NCBI GenBank assembly: GCA_963707025.1
Contig: CAVPOM010000007.1
Span: 288,001-352,000 of the forward strand
Reading direction: 5' to 3'
From: an uncultured Verrucomicrobiae bacterium
GTDB lineage: Bacteria; Verrucomicrobiota; Verrucomicrobiia; Limisphaerales; Palsa-1400
DNA length: 64,000 bases
The notes beneath the pieces were generated by a model. That model made no database searches and was not told the origin of the DNA. It was given only the letters and a program-made list of their open reading frames with translations. Both the position numbers and the translations under genes were made by a program. Shown one piece after another: positions 1-9,641 of this stretch (position 1 is its first letter; each line of letters starts with the position of its first letter).

Positions 1-54
1 GGCCAAAAAGGGGGCTTAAGCCCGCTGAGCAATTGGCCCCAGGACCGCGCATCC
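1..54. repeat. Degenerate direct repeat, copy A (pairs with 2479-2532)
   Basis: ggccaaaaagggggcttaagcccgctgagcaattggccccaggaccgcgcatcc aligns to 2479-2532 at 48 of 55 columns by hand alignment. Confidence 0.8.
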
Positions 55-189
55 CGGAAACGCTGATTGTTGAAAAGAAGGCTATGCGGGAAAGTCGTGC
101 CAGATGGCTACGGAGGAGGATAACCTGTTGCGTACGACAGGCTTTATAATGCTTCACCCTGAAGGAGCAAAAGGCTACAAAATGGAAGG

Positions 190-1104
190 TTGGACACGCA
201 AAAAGTCATTAAGTCCGCTGGCCGGCACCTTCAGAGTTTGGAAGGGCATGTGTTCGACGTGCTAACCGTGACCAAGCCTGTGTCCGTGGAAGCAGCGGTC
301 CACTTGGCCAGGCTCATTTCCAAATTGTCTCCGTTGGTGGGGAACATAATTGAGATCAATACCGTCGAGGTGCTCAACGCCAAGCCGGAGTTTCGCCGCT
401 TCGGAAAATGGATCCGGCAAGATCCGGATTTCCCGGACACCATCCTCAAGGGCAGCATCTCGCCGGTTCCCGGCTTTGAAATCAAGGCGTAGTTTCCCAT
501 GGCGACGGAGATAACGGCGCGGTTCAAGGACAGCCAAAACCACTTCGTCAAGGACAACACCGGCGTTGTCATGCTGGCTTGGCTCCCGGAGCAAATGATT
601 TATGGGAAGCCCAAAATCATCGGCGTTTGCATTGCCTCTGGAAAGTCAGTGGCGGCGGCCCGTGACCTTCATTACCACAAGCCGCCTGACTACCTTGTGC
701 TCGAACCTGAAAACACGAAGCAGCGGACGCGGAACCTCCAACAGACCAATACGAACGGATACAAATTTCAGGGCACTGAGAAGCAGTTGTCGAAGGCGGC
801 GGCGGTAGTCAGATCATGGGGCCTTGATGGTAGGGAATACAAGCCGACCCCGGATTACCAATCGAAATTAAGGGTGCTGACCTCGCGTTATCCTTATCGC
901 CTGGATACCAATTACGCCAAAATTGACCGCATTGCACACCCTGGAATTGAGGCGTTCAAGAAAGCCATCGGTCTGAAGAAGTTTCTCGGCATGTCGGTCA
1001 ACCAGTGGAGGTGGGTATTGAGCAGCGGCGATGACTCCGCCATTCGCAAAGCCGTCAAATTGCTCGGCATCAAAGACTCAGGAACAAAGGCTCTGGTGCG
1101 GTGA
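190..1104 (+). pseudogene. Putative type II restriction endonuclease (PD-(D/E)xK fold) interrupted by an in-frame TAG at 490-492
   Basis: ORFs 190-492 and 499-1104 are in the same frame (EIKA*FPMATEIT); QDPDFPD...GFEIK motif; convergent with and overlapping a DNA methyltransferase. Confidence 0.65.
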
Positions 1105-2137
1105 AGCGTTCCAAGCCGAGCTGGAAGTAGGTCGAATCAATTTCCGCGGCGTAGGCCTGGCGCTTGCATTTCCAAGCGGCGAAAGACGCGCTGAACAGTC
1201 CCCCGAAGGGTTCCCAAACAACGTCTCCCTCCTCCGAGGATGCTTCTATAATGAGCGTCAACAAATCGAGCGGTTTTTGATTCAAGTGCGCGGCCTTGCC
1301 ATTGGGCGCCTTGACGCGCTCCCCGCAATGCAGCGCGTTGCGTTCCCAAACATTGGTGTATCCGTGGGGGCAGTGGAATTTATAGCGCATTCCATCCCAC
1401 TCGTCGCGGTTGAGCGAACGCTTCCCATCCATCGAGAAGTAGGGGCGGCCACCCGGATCGCCATGCTGGTTGGCGTAACCAACCAACATCTCGAACTTTT
1501 CAGGCGGTGGCGGATACCAGAGGTGGCCCTGATCGAAGTATTTCCGCGTGGCAGCATCAGCCACCCCGCAGGCCTCGTTCGTCTGGCTGACCGGGAGGCC
1601 AGATCGTTTCCACTCGGCAAGCAACCACTCCTTCAACGGCTTGCCGCCAATCCTTGCTTCGAACGAATACTGCACACAAATCTCGGTGACGACTGGGAAG
1701 CGGCGAATCTTGGCGGTGTTGACGTTGCCGGCGATGTGGGCCTTCCCCTTGTTCCAGAAGTTGGCATTAACATACCGGAAGCCGTACCGCTCCAAAAGCG
1801 GGTGTGCCGCGGCCCATCCAATTTCTGAGTTCCAAAACCAGAGCGTGGTCCGTGCCGTTGCCTTGGCCGCCCAGGCCTTGACGTGCGGCTCATACCACGC
1901 CGGCAGGCCCAAGTGGTCGGACGTGTCGCCGTCGAAGCCCAGCACCCCGTAACCGCCATCGGATATGATGACCGTCGGCGCCGGCCACGAATCGTAAACC
2001 GTGAGGCTGTCGCCATAGTGCAGATGGGCAAAACTGTTTTGAAAATGTTTGGCCTTGGGTTCGCCGTGAAGCGTGACAGTTCGTTTGCGTCCGCGTGTGC
2101 TTGGGGCCGGGCTGGCAGCCTTGGTGGGTGCAATCAT
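1070..2137 (-). CDS. Site-specific N6A/N4C DNA methyltransferase, beta class
   Basis: Motif IV variant ISDGGY near the N-terminus; HLNQKP and motif I VWEPFGGLFS near the C-terminus. Confidence 0.88.
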   Translation of the reverse strand: MIAPTKAASPAPSTRGRKRTVTLHGEPKAKHFQNSFAHLHYGDSLTVYDSWPAPTVIISDGGYGVLGFDGDTSDHLGLPAWYEPHVKAWAAKATARTTLWFWNSEIGWAAAHPLLERYGFRYVNANFWNKGKAHIAGNVNTAKIRRFPVVTEICVQYSFEARIGGKPLKEWLLAEWKRSGLPVSQTNEACGVADAATRKYFDQGHLWYPPPPEKFEMLVGYANQHGDPGGRPYFSMDGKRSLNRDEWDGMRYKFHCPHGYTNVWERNALHCGERVKAPNGKAAHLNQKPLDLLTLIIEASSEEGDVVWEPFGGLFSASFAAWKCKRQAYAAEIDSTYFQLGLERFTAPEPLFLSL

Positions 2138-2143
2138 GGCAAC

Positions 2144-2172
2144 ATCCTACAAAACTCTATCGCACACGTCAA
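2144..2172 (-). promoter_or_regulatory. Sigma70-type promoter of the MTase, probably leaderless
   Basis: TTGACG (2172-2167), 17 bp, TAGGAT (2149-2144), 6 nt, ATG at 2137. Confidence 0.55.
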
Positions 2173-2387
2173 TGTTTTTCGCGCTTCCGGGGCCGCCCGC
2201 CTTTTCGGCGGTCTTGCTGGTCGAACCGTTCCACCTCAGCCTGGTCGAGCAAATGGTCCCGCCCGCGCTTCTCCGATTCCAACTGACCGTTCCCTATCAA
2301 CTGTCGAACTCGGCCGGGGGTCACTCTGAGGAGGACGGCCGCTTCGGCTGTCGTAATGAGGCCCACCTTGAGCGAGACTACTGCCAT
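2169..2387 (-). CDS. Excisionase-like (HTH_17/MerR-type) DNA-binding protein, 72 aa
   Basis: LITTAEAAVLLRVTPGRVRQLIGNGQLES..KRGRDHLL pattern with basic GGRPRK tail; ATG at 2387. Confidence 0.8.
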   Translation of the reverse strand: MAVVSLKVGLITTAEAAVLLRVTPGRVRQLIGNGQLESEKRGRDHLLDQAEVERFDQQDRRKGGRPRKREKH

Positions 2388-2478
2388 TTGGCCTCTCGTC
2401 AATACTTGCCGCAGACAAAACTGCTGCGGATTGCGTGGTCGGCGAATTCGAGAAAAACTGGCCCCGCATCGTCGAGCG

Positions 2479-2532
2479 GGCCAAAAAGGGGGCCTAAGCC
2501 CGGTGACTAATTGGCCCCCAGGCCGCGGATCC
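2479..2532. repeat. Degenerate direct repeat, copy B; includes the 3' end and stop of CDS 2507-3769
   Basis: Matches 1-54. Confidence 0.8.
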
Positions 2533-3769
2533 AAGCGGCGCTGCGCGAGTATTCGGCGTAAGCCTGGTCGCCCAGCGTCTCGCGGGTGGCGCGCTCCGCC
2601 TCGGCCTGGATGGCGTTCAGCGCCGCGTTGCGCCGGTCCTCGGGTATGTTCTGATTGGAAAGGAGCTGGCTGCGCGCGTCCTCGGCCAGCCGCCGCATGT
2701 CAAGTATAGTTTTTGAAACCTCCGGCGGCAGGTCAAATCGCGCGGCCAGCAGGGTGAGGCTTTGAAACTCCGGGTTGCCCGCCTGCTCCAATTGCGCGGC
2801 CCGCTCCGGGCCGAGCGCCGCCTCCAGTTCCGCCCGCATTTTCTCCTCGTCGGCCGCTTTGGCCGCGGCCACCGTTTCGTCGTTCGTGTCCTGCCAGGCG
2901 TAAGCGGCGTCCAGCGCCTGCTCGCGGGCAAAAATCTCCTGGAACTCGGCTTCGCTGGGATTGAAGCCGATCAATTCCCGGCGCATCCGGTCGGCCGTCG
3001 GCGATGTTGTCAAGTCGAACTCATACTTCTCCTCCGCCGTCATGGCCCCGGCCAGGGCGGCGTCCTGCTCCCGGTCAATCTGGCGCAGTTGTTCGGTCTG
3101 GCCGGGGGTGGGCCGGCCATTGGGGGCCTGCCAGAGCACCTGGTCGCGGCGGCTCTCAAACGGCTCGCGCAGGGCCAGCACCCGGGCGCGCTTGTCCTCG
3201 GACAAAAAGGCCAGCCGCCGGTCATCCTCCTCCGCGTCCACAAAATACTTGTTGAGCTCGCGCTCGTAATTGATGCCGAGCAGTTCGCGCAGGACGGCGG
3301 GCAATTCCTTGTCAATCCGGGCCAGTTGCGCCTCGCGCTCCTCCAGTTGGCTCTGTTTGAGTTTGCGTTTCTCGTCCGTCTCCCAGTATTTGAAGGCCCG
3401 GCCGTTCTGGTAGAATTTGCCCCGGCGCGCCGCATAGAGGCGCATGACGTCGGTGATAATGATGTCGCGCACGGTCGCTTCCGGGCAGCCGATGGCGCGC
3501 AGGTTGGCGATGTACTGCCGGTAATCGGTGGATTCGAGCTGGGACCATCGGAATTGGTTGGTTTTGTAAATCAGCACCCGCGGGGCGGGCAGCGCGCGCG
3601 CGGCGGCGGCGGCGGCGGCGGCGCGCCTTTGTGCTTCGCCCGGCACGGGGCCGGCCGCCGCGCGCTCCCGTGCCGAACGCGCGTTAAAATAAACCCCGAA
3701 CCAAAAATAACCGACTCCCAACAGAGTCAGGTTGAGCAGGCAGAGGAGCACGATGAGCCTGGGCTTCAT
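2507..3769 (-). CDS. Membrane-anchored helical hypothetical protein
   Basis: N-terminal TM (MKPRLIVLLCLLNLTLLGVGYFWF), WSQLESTDYRQYIANLRAIGCPE segment, host-like codon usage; start moved to ATG 3769. Confidence 0.75.
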   Translation of the reverse strand: MKPRLIVLLCLLNLTLLGVGYFWFGVYFNARSARERAAAGPVPGEAQRRAAAAAAAARALPAPRVLIYKTNQFRWSQLESTDYRQYIANLRAIGCPEATVRDIIITDVMRLYAARRGKFYQNGRAFKYWETDEKRKLKQSQLEEREAQLARIDKELPAVLRELLGINYERELNKYFVDAEEDDRRLAFLSEDKRARVLALREPFESRRDQVLWQAPNGRPTPGQTEQLRQIDREQDAALAGAMTAEEKYEFDLTTSPTADRMRRELIGFNPSEAEFQEIFAREQALDAAYAWQDTNDETVAAAKAADEEKMRAELEAALGPERAAQLEQAGNPEFQSLTLLAARFDLPPEVSKTILDMRRLAEDARSQLLSNQNIPEDRRNAALNAIQAEAERATRETLGDQAYAEYSRSAAWIRGLGAN

Positions 3770-3872
3770 TGGCGATGAGACTAGGAATGAAGGTCCATCC
3801 AAGGCAAGAGCAGAATGCGGGGAACATTTATTCCATGCAACCGGGGGGCGTTTTGCAGTAAGGTTTACCAAG

Positions 3873-6602
3873 ATGAAACTTATCCCGATGGCCGCCTGCG
3901 CTTTGGCCGCGGCGCTTGCCGGCCTGCACTTCTCCCTCCTGGCCGCGCCGGCGGCGGGTCCGGCGGTGGACGTGGCCGGCGTGGACCGCGCGCGCATTCT
4001 CCAGGCAGCCCAGGCCGCGCTGGCGCTGGCCCCCATCACCATTACCGACTTCCCCGCCAAGCTCAGCGCGGGCGGCCCGCACGATTTCTACTCCAACGGC
4101 GATTATTGGTGGCCCGATACCAACAAGCCCGGCGGCCTGCCTTACGTGAACCGCGACGGCCAGTCCAACCCGGGCATGTTCTTCGAGCACCGCCGCTGTG
4201 TCGCCCGGTTGCGCGACGCCGTCGCCGCCCTGGGCGCCGCCTGGAAAATAACCGGGGACGACCGCTATCCGGCCAAGGCGGCCGGGTTGCTGCGCGTGTT
4301 TTTCCTCGATGCCAAAACGCGGATGAACCCCAGCCTCGACTACGCCCAGGCCATTCCCGGCGTTTCGCCCGGCCGGAGCTACGGTATTATTGACACCTTG
4401 CATCTGGCCGAGGTGCCGCTGGCCATTGCCGCCATGAGCAACTCCCCCGCCTTTGCCCCGGAGACCCTGGCCGGCCTGAAAGACTGGTTCCGCGATTACG
4501 CCCAATGGATGACCACCAGCAAAAACGGCCAGGACGAAGCCCGGGCCGCCAACAACCACGCCGTCGCCTTTTATTTGCAACTGGCCGTCTTCGCCCAGTT
4601 CGCCGGCGACGCGCCCAAACTCGCCGAGTGCCGCCGGCAGTTCAAGGAAGTTTTTCTCGCCCAACAAATGGCCGCCGACGGCAGTTTTCCCGCCGAACTC
4701 AAGCGCACCAAGCCCTACGGCTATTCGATTTTTCAACTCGACAACCTGGCCGCGCTGGCCCAGGTCCTCTCCACCCGCGAGGAGAATCTCTGGAGCTTCA
4801 CCCTGCCCGACGGCCGCGGCATGCGCCGGGCCATGGCCTTTCTTTTTCCCTATCTGGCCGATAAATCCAAGTGGCCGCACGCGCCTGACGTGCAGGCCTG
4901 GGACGGCTGGCCCGCGCGCCAGCCTTGCCTGCTCTTTGCCGGCCTGGCCTATGGCGCCAGGGAATATCTCGACCTGTGGGAAAAACTCCCGCCCGATCCC
5001 GCCGATCCCGAAGTCCGGCGCAACATCGCCATCACCCAGCCGCTCCTGTGGTTAAATTTCGCCGCGCCCGCTCCCCCCCGCGCCCAAATCAACTCCCCGC
5101 CGGAAATCCGCACCCCCAAGCCCCCGGCCGCTCCCCGCATCAACGGCCCGGCCGTTTTCGGCGTGCGGCCCGGTTCGCCCTTGCTCTACCGCATTCCCGC
5201 CACGGGCGACCGGCCCATGCAATTCTCCATCCAGCCCTCCACAGCACCGCCGCAGACGCCGCCGGCCGCTGGCGCTGCTTTGCCGTCCGGTCTCCATCTC
5301 GATTCCCAGACGGGCGAACTGACCGGCTCGCTGCCGGCTCCCGGCGAACTGCGGCTGCTTCTCCGCGCCAAAAACGCCCTCGGTTCGGCGGAAAAGGAAT
5401 TTAAAATCGTGGTGGGCGAAACCATCGCCCTGACCCCGCCCCTGGGCTGGAACAGTTGGAACTGCTGGGGCAGCCAGGTGGACGCCGACAAAGTTCTGCG
5501 CAGCGCCCGAGCCATGGCCGCTTCCGGGCTGATCAACCACGGCTGGAGTTACATCAACATTGACGACGCCTGGCAGGGCGCGCGCGGCGGCGAGTTCCAC
5601 GCCATTCAGGGCAACGAGAAATTCCCCGACATGAAGGGCCTGTGCGACGCCGTTCACGGCCTGGGCCTGAAGATCGGAATTTATTCCACCCCGTGGGTGA
5701 CCTCCTACGCCAACCACATCGGCGGCAGTTCCGAAAATCCGGAAGGCCTCTGGGAAAAGCCCGCCATCCCCAAGCGCGGCAACGTCAATAAGAAAATTCT
5801 TCCCTGGGCCATCGGCCGGCATCATTTCGCCACCAACGACGCCCGGCAATGGGCCGCCTGGGGTTTTGATTACCTCAAATATGACTGGAATCCCAATGAG
5901 CCTCCCGAAACCCTGGAGATGGCCGGCGCGCTGCGCCAGAGCGGACGCGACATCCTCTTCAGCCTCTCCAACAACTCCCCCTTCACCAACGCCCCCGTCC
6001 TGTCCCGCCTCGCCAATTGCTGGCGCACCACCGGCGACATCCGCGACAACTGGGATTCCATGAGCAAGAAGGGCTTCGGCCAGGACAAATGGGAGCGTTA
6101 CGCCGGCCCGGGCCATTGGAATGATCCCGACATGCTCGTCGTCGGCTACGTCGGCTGGGGCAAACCCCATCCCACCGGCCTCACCCCCGACGAGCAATAC
6201 ACCCACATCACCCTCTGGTGCCTGCTCTCCTCCCCGCTCCTGCTCGGTTGCGATTTGGAAAAGCTCGACGACTTCACTCTCAACCTTCTGCAAAACGACG
6301 AGGTCCTGGCCGTCAATCAGGATTCCCTCGGCCGCCAGGCCCGCAGCGTCGCCAGGAGCGCCGCCACCCAGGTTTATGCCAAAAAACTGGCCGACGGCTC
6401 AACCGCCGTGGGGCTTTTCAACCTCGGCACCAACGGCCCGGTCACCGTCACGGCCAGTTGGTCCGACCTCAACCTTGCCGGCCAACAGTCCGTGCGCGAT
6501 CTCTGGCGCCAAAGAGACCTCGGCCAGTTTGACGGCCAGTTCCAAATCACCGTCGCCGCGCATGGCGCCGAAATGGTCAAGATGCAAAAGTCCGGCCTCT
6601 GA
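3873..6602 (+). CDS. Secreted fusion: alginate-lyase-family (PF05426-like) domain + Ig-like domain + GH27 alpha-galactosidase
   Basis: Signal peptide; HDFYSNGDYWWP..GLPYVNRDG and NNH lyase motifs; LPSGLHLDSQTGELTG Ig-like segment; TPPLGWNSWN, NIDDAW, DYLKYD, WRTTGDI, WNDPDML GH27 motifs. Confidence 0.85.
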   Translation: MKLIPMAACALAAALAGLHFSLLAAPAAGPAVDVAGVDRARILQAAQAALALAPITITDFPAKLSAGGPHDFYSNGDYWWPDTNKPGGLPYVNRDGQSNPGMFFEHRRCVARLRDAVAALGAAWKITGDDRYPAKAAGLLRVFFLDAKTRMNPSLDYAQAIPGVSPGRSYGIIDTLHLAEVPLAIAAMSNSPAFAPETLAGLKDWFRDYAQWMTTSKNGQDEARAANNHAVAFYLQLAVFAQFAGDAPKLAECRRQFKEVFLAQQMAADGSFPAELKRTKPYGYSIFQLDNLAALAQVLSTREENLWSFTLPDGRGMRRAMAFLFPYLADKSKWPHAPDVQAWDGWPARQPCLLFAGLAYGAREYLDLWEKLPPDPADPEVRRNIAITQPLLWLNFAAPAPPRAQINSPPEIRTPKPPAAPRINGPAVFGVRPGSPLLYRIPATGDRPMQFSIQPSTAPPQTPPAAGAALPSGLHLDSQTGELTGSLPAPGELRLLLRAKNALGSAEKEFKIVVGETIALTPPLGWNSWNCWGSQVDADKVLRSARAMAASGLINHGWSYINIDDAWQGARGGEFHAIQGNEKFPDMKGLCDAVHGLGLKIGIYSTPWVTSYANHIGGSSENPEGLWEKPAIPKRGNVNKKILPWAIGRHHFATNDARQWAAWGFDYLKYDWNPNEPPETLEMAGALRQSGRDILFSLSNNSPFTNAPVLSRLANCWRTTGDIRDNWDSMSKKGFGQDKWERYAGPGHWNDPDMLVVGYVGWGKPHPTGLTPDEQYTHITLWCLLSSPLLLGCDLEKLDDFTLNLLQNDEVLAVNQDSLGRQARSVARSAATQVYAKKLADGSTAVGLFNLGTNGPVTVTASWSDLNLAGQQSVRDLWRQRDLGQFDGQFQITVAAHGAEMVKMQKSGL

Positions 6603-6635
6603 TCCTGTCCAGGCCCAACCCTCCTCCCATTCCTT

Positions 6636-7265
6636 CTATTCCTGCTCCGTCACGCTGGCCACTTCCGCCCGCGCGGATTTGCGCTCCATGACCAGCGCCT
6701 TGAATTTCCATTCCTTGCCGGGGAGAATGGACCCCACCTGGTCCATGGCCGAGCCGACTTTCTCGCCCTGGGCGTCGAGCAGGTTCAACTCCACCTTGAT
6801 GCCGAATCGCTGGCGGTCGGATTCGTTGCGCAAGACACCGACGGCATAAACAAGCTCCCCATTTTCCGCTTTCTCCAGGCTGACGGGGCCGGCTTTTAAT
6901 CCATGCCACGGGTCGGGCGGGGGCGCCGCCACGACGGGCGCCGCTTTGGCCGGGATGGCTTTCTCAGTGGACAGGAGTGGCGCGGGCCGATGGGCGAGGA
7001 AATACCATCCGGCCGTCCCGCCCGCCGCCGCCAAAACCGCCACGGCTATCGCGACCACGAACAACTTCCTTCGGGGCCGGGTTTGGGGATTGGGGGGACT
7101 GGCCGCAGCGTCGTCACCGGTCGGGCCGAGATTTGGCTGGAGGACGGTTTGCCAACCGCAATGCGGACACAGGATGGTTTGGCCCACCCCGCTGGCGGGG
7201 AACTCAATATGGCCGCCGCAGTTCTGGCAGGCGCACTTAAAATGAGGTTTAGGTTCTGGCACCAA
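6636..7265 (-). CDS. Zinc-ribbon + TM + FxLYD-domain protein
   Basis: CQNC..CPHC ribbon, hydrophobic helix, VELNLLDAQGEKVGSA..GKEWKFKA C-terminal domain. Confidence 0.75.
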   Translation of the reverse strand: MVPEPKPHFKCACQNCGGHIEFPASGVGQTILCPHCGWQTVLQPNLGPTGDDAAASPPNPQTRPRRKLFVVAIAVAVLAAAGGTAGWYFLAHRPAPLLSTEKAIPAKAAPVVAAPPPDPWHGLKAGPVSLEKAENGELVYAVGVLRNESDRQRFGIKVELNLLDAQGEKVGSAMDQVGSILPGKEWKFKALVMERKSARAEVASVTEQE

Positions 7266-7817
7266 CTCCAGCCACTCTACAACGCAGCCGGTCTTGTGAA
7301 CACAGCAAATTGCAACATGGAAGCCTGCTGGCTCCCATTTCCGTGCCGTGGAATTATCTGCTGCCCCGGCTTAAACCGACCAGGCGTCCCACACGGGCTT
7401 CCCATGTTAAAACCTTCAATTCCGGGCGCTCGCGGCGGGGGACAACGGTTGGCGTGGACATCTTAGGCCTGGAGCCATTGCTCGCGGCCTTGTCGCCATT
7501 TCGTTGCACGACCTTCAGTTTTGGCTCCGTCTCCCAAGGCTCCACCGGCACTGTTTGTGTGTTCACTCTCATATCTATCGGCAACGCCAGCGCGCTGCCT
7601 CCCAGATACCCAGCATGGCCGATGCCAGAATCCGCCAGGGAAAATTCATTTATGTAAGCCGTTCCAGTTAAAGTGTTTGCAATCAGAGCCGCCATCCATC
7701 CACAATGGGCATATCATGCGTATTCTGCTAAAATTGCTGCAAAATGCGTGAAAATGCCGCATGCAGGCCTGCCACATTCGCCATTGTTTCCCGCTCCCGG
7801 CCGGATTAGATTCTGGC

Positions 7818-8297
7818 ATGGCATTGGTGCGCATACTCGTTGATGGCTACAGCCTCCTGCACAATTGGCCGGAGTTGGCGCCAGGCAAACCCCGCCATTC
7901 CGCCGCCGCCCGCGACGCGCTGATCCGCACTCTCACTCTTTATCGCGATGCGGTCGCCACGCCCCTGACCATTGTCTTCGACGGCGCCAACGCCCCCGCC
8001 GCCGCTCCCCCTCCGGTCTCCACCCCAGAATTGGAAATCATTTATTCCCGCGCCGGCCAGACCGCCGATGACATCATCGAGCGGGTCGCCTTCCGCATGA
8101 GGGACTACGGCGAAGTGCTGGTCGTGACCGATGATTACGCCGAGCGCGACACCGTGCTTTCCCTGGACGGCCTGGCCACGAGCTGCCGGAATTTTATCAG
8201 CGATGTCGAAAAAGTCTCGCGCGAGCAGCAGCGGGACATCACCCGCCACAATCGCCGCGAACGCGTGCATTTCCAAGAAATCAAAACTGCCAAATGA
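7818..8297 (+). CDS. YacP/Rae1-like NYN domain protein
   Basis: ILVDGYSLL, IVFDG, TADDIIER, LVVTDD motifs. Confidence 0.85.
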   Translation: MALVRILVDGYSLLHNWPELAPGKPRHSAAARDALIRTLTLYRDAVATPLTIVFDGANAPAAAPPPVSTPELEIIYSRAGQTADDIIERVAFRMRDYGEVLVVTDDYAERDTVLSLDGLATSCRNFISDVEKVSREQQRDITRHNRRERVHFQEIKTAK

Positions 8298-9586
8298 ACC
8301 AGGACAGGCATAGCATCAGCCCCATGAGTTTAGAACAGAAGATCACAAAGGCAACGAAGACTCAAGAAACCCATCTTCGTTTCCTTCGTTGCCTTCTGTT
8401 AATATCCGTTTTTGCATTTTGCATTTTGCATTTTGCATTTTCTTTGCGCGCCCAGCCGCCGGCCCAGACGGAAAACCGCTTTTTATTCATCATCAACACC
8501 TCCTCCGCCATGCGCCGCATGACCAACGGCATCCAGGAAGCCGTCCTCGGCCTGCTCCAATCCCAAATGCAGGGGCAGATGCGCGACGGCGACACTTTTG
8601 GCATCTGGACCTACGACGACCAGCTTCACGCCAATTCGGGCGTGCAGGTCTGGTCCAAAACAAACCAGGCCGCCATCCTCGGAAATGTGTCCAACTGGCT
8701 GGCGGACCGGCCCTACCAAAAGAAGCCCCGCCTGGAAAAGGTCCTGCCCGTCGCCCTCCAGATCGTCGCCCGGTCGCGCGTCGTCACCCTTATCTTTATA
8801 TTTGACGGGTCGGAAACCATGCAGGGGACCGGCTTCGACCAGGACATCAACGCTCTCCAAAAGGACCTCGGCCCCCGCATGCGGGCCGACCGCATCCCCT
8901 TCGTCACCGTGCTGGCGGCGCGCGACGGGAAATTCTTCGATTACCGCGTGAGAACTCCCGCCTCCATCTCGCTGCCGCAGACCGCCGGTTTCTTCCCGCC
9001 GGCCCAAACCAACACCGTCGCAACTGTGGCCGCCACCAATGTGCCGCCCCCGGTCGTGGCGGCCACCAATGTGCCGCCCCCGGTCGTCGTGCCCAAGCCG
9101 CCGGAGACGCGCCGCCCTGAAATTGTCCTCCGACCCACCTCGCCGCCCAGGACCAACCCGCCGCCGGCCGGCGTCTCCGCCCCGCCGGCACAAAGCGCGC
9201 CGGAGAAAACAGAGGCGGTCCTCCAGCCCGCGCCGATGCCAGTGCAAACTCCGTCCAACGCCGTTGTGGCGCCTAATCCTAATCTTAATCCTAATCCTAA
9301 TCCCACCACCCCTCCCATCGTCGCGCAAGAACCCCTCCCGCCCGTCAAGCCTGTGGCTAAGGCGGACAGTCCCTTGCCCGCCGTTTCCCCCGAATCCCTG
9401 CCGCCGCAACCCGCCCCGCCGCCCGTGGCAACCGCCGTGGTAACGCCCTCTTCGGCGGATCACCTCGCTTTATTGGTCATAGCCTCTTCCCTGTTGATCA
9501 TAGCCGGGGTCCTGCTGGTTTTTCTCATCCGCCGTTCCCGCACCCCGCCCAGCCTCATTTCCCAGTCCATGGATCGGCCGCAGTGA
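8294..9586 (+). CDS. vWA-like domain membrane protein with Pro-rich linker and C-terminal TM
   Basis: FLFIINTSSAM MIDAS-like strand, LIFIFDG, C-terminal TM plus RRSR; true start uncertain. Confidence 0.65.
   Translation: MNQDRHSISPMSLEQKITKATKTQETHLRFLRCLLLISVFAFCILHFAFSLRAQPPAQTENRFLFIINTSSAMRRMTNGIQEAVLGLLQSQMQGQMRDGDTFGIWTYDDQLHANSGVQVWSKTNQAAILGNVSNWLADRPYQKKPRLEKVLPVALQIVARSRVVTLIFIFDGSETMQGTGFDQDINALQKDLGPRMRADRIPFVTVLAARDGKFFDYRVRTPASISLPQTAGFFPPAQTNTVATVAATNVPPPVVAATNVPPPVVVPKPPETRRPEIVLRPTSPPRTNPPPAGVSAPPAQSAPEKTEAVLQPAPMPVQTPSNAVVAPNPNLNPNPNPTTPPIVAQEPLPPVKPVAKADSPLPAVSPESLPPQPAPPPVATAVVTPSSADHLALLVIASSLLIIAGVLLVFLIRRSRTPPSLISQSMDRPQ
8410..8437. repeat. (TTTTGCA)4 heptamer tandem repeat
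   Basis: Read directly; related arrays at 10612-10648 and 21492-21520. Confidence 0.8.
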
Positions 9587-9641
9587 GTGAAGCCAGCCTC
9601 TGCCATCGTGCCGGAGCTGTCAAGTCTAAGTCACGGCCGCC

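Noticed and set aside
490..492. Pyrrolysine or genetic-code reassignment of TAG
   Set aside because: TAG ends several ordinary genes here (for example mdh and purE); a single nonsense change is simpler
3732..4060. Overlapping N-terminal extensions of the divergent ORFs 2507-4060 and 3732-6602
   Set aside because: Signal/TM sequences and -10 boxes place the starts at 3769 and 3873
7310..7834. Short ORFs in the AT-richer intergenic region (for example 7354-7695)
   Set aside because: No recognisable motif or codon signal; a small protein cannot be excluded
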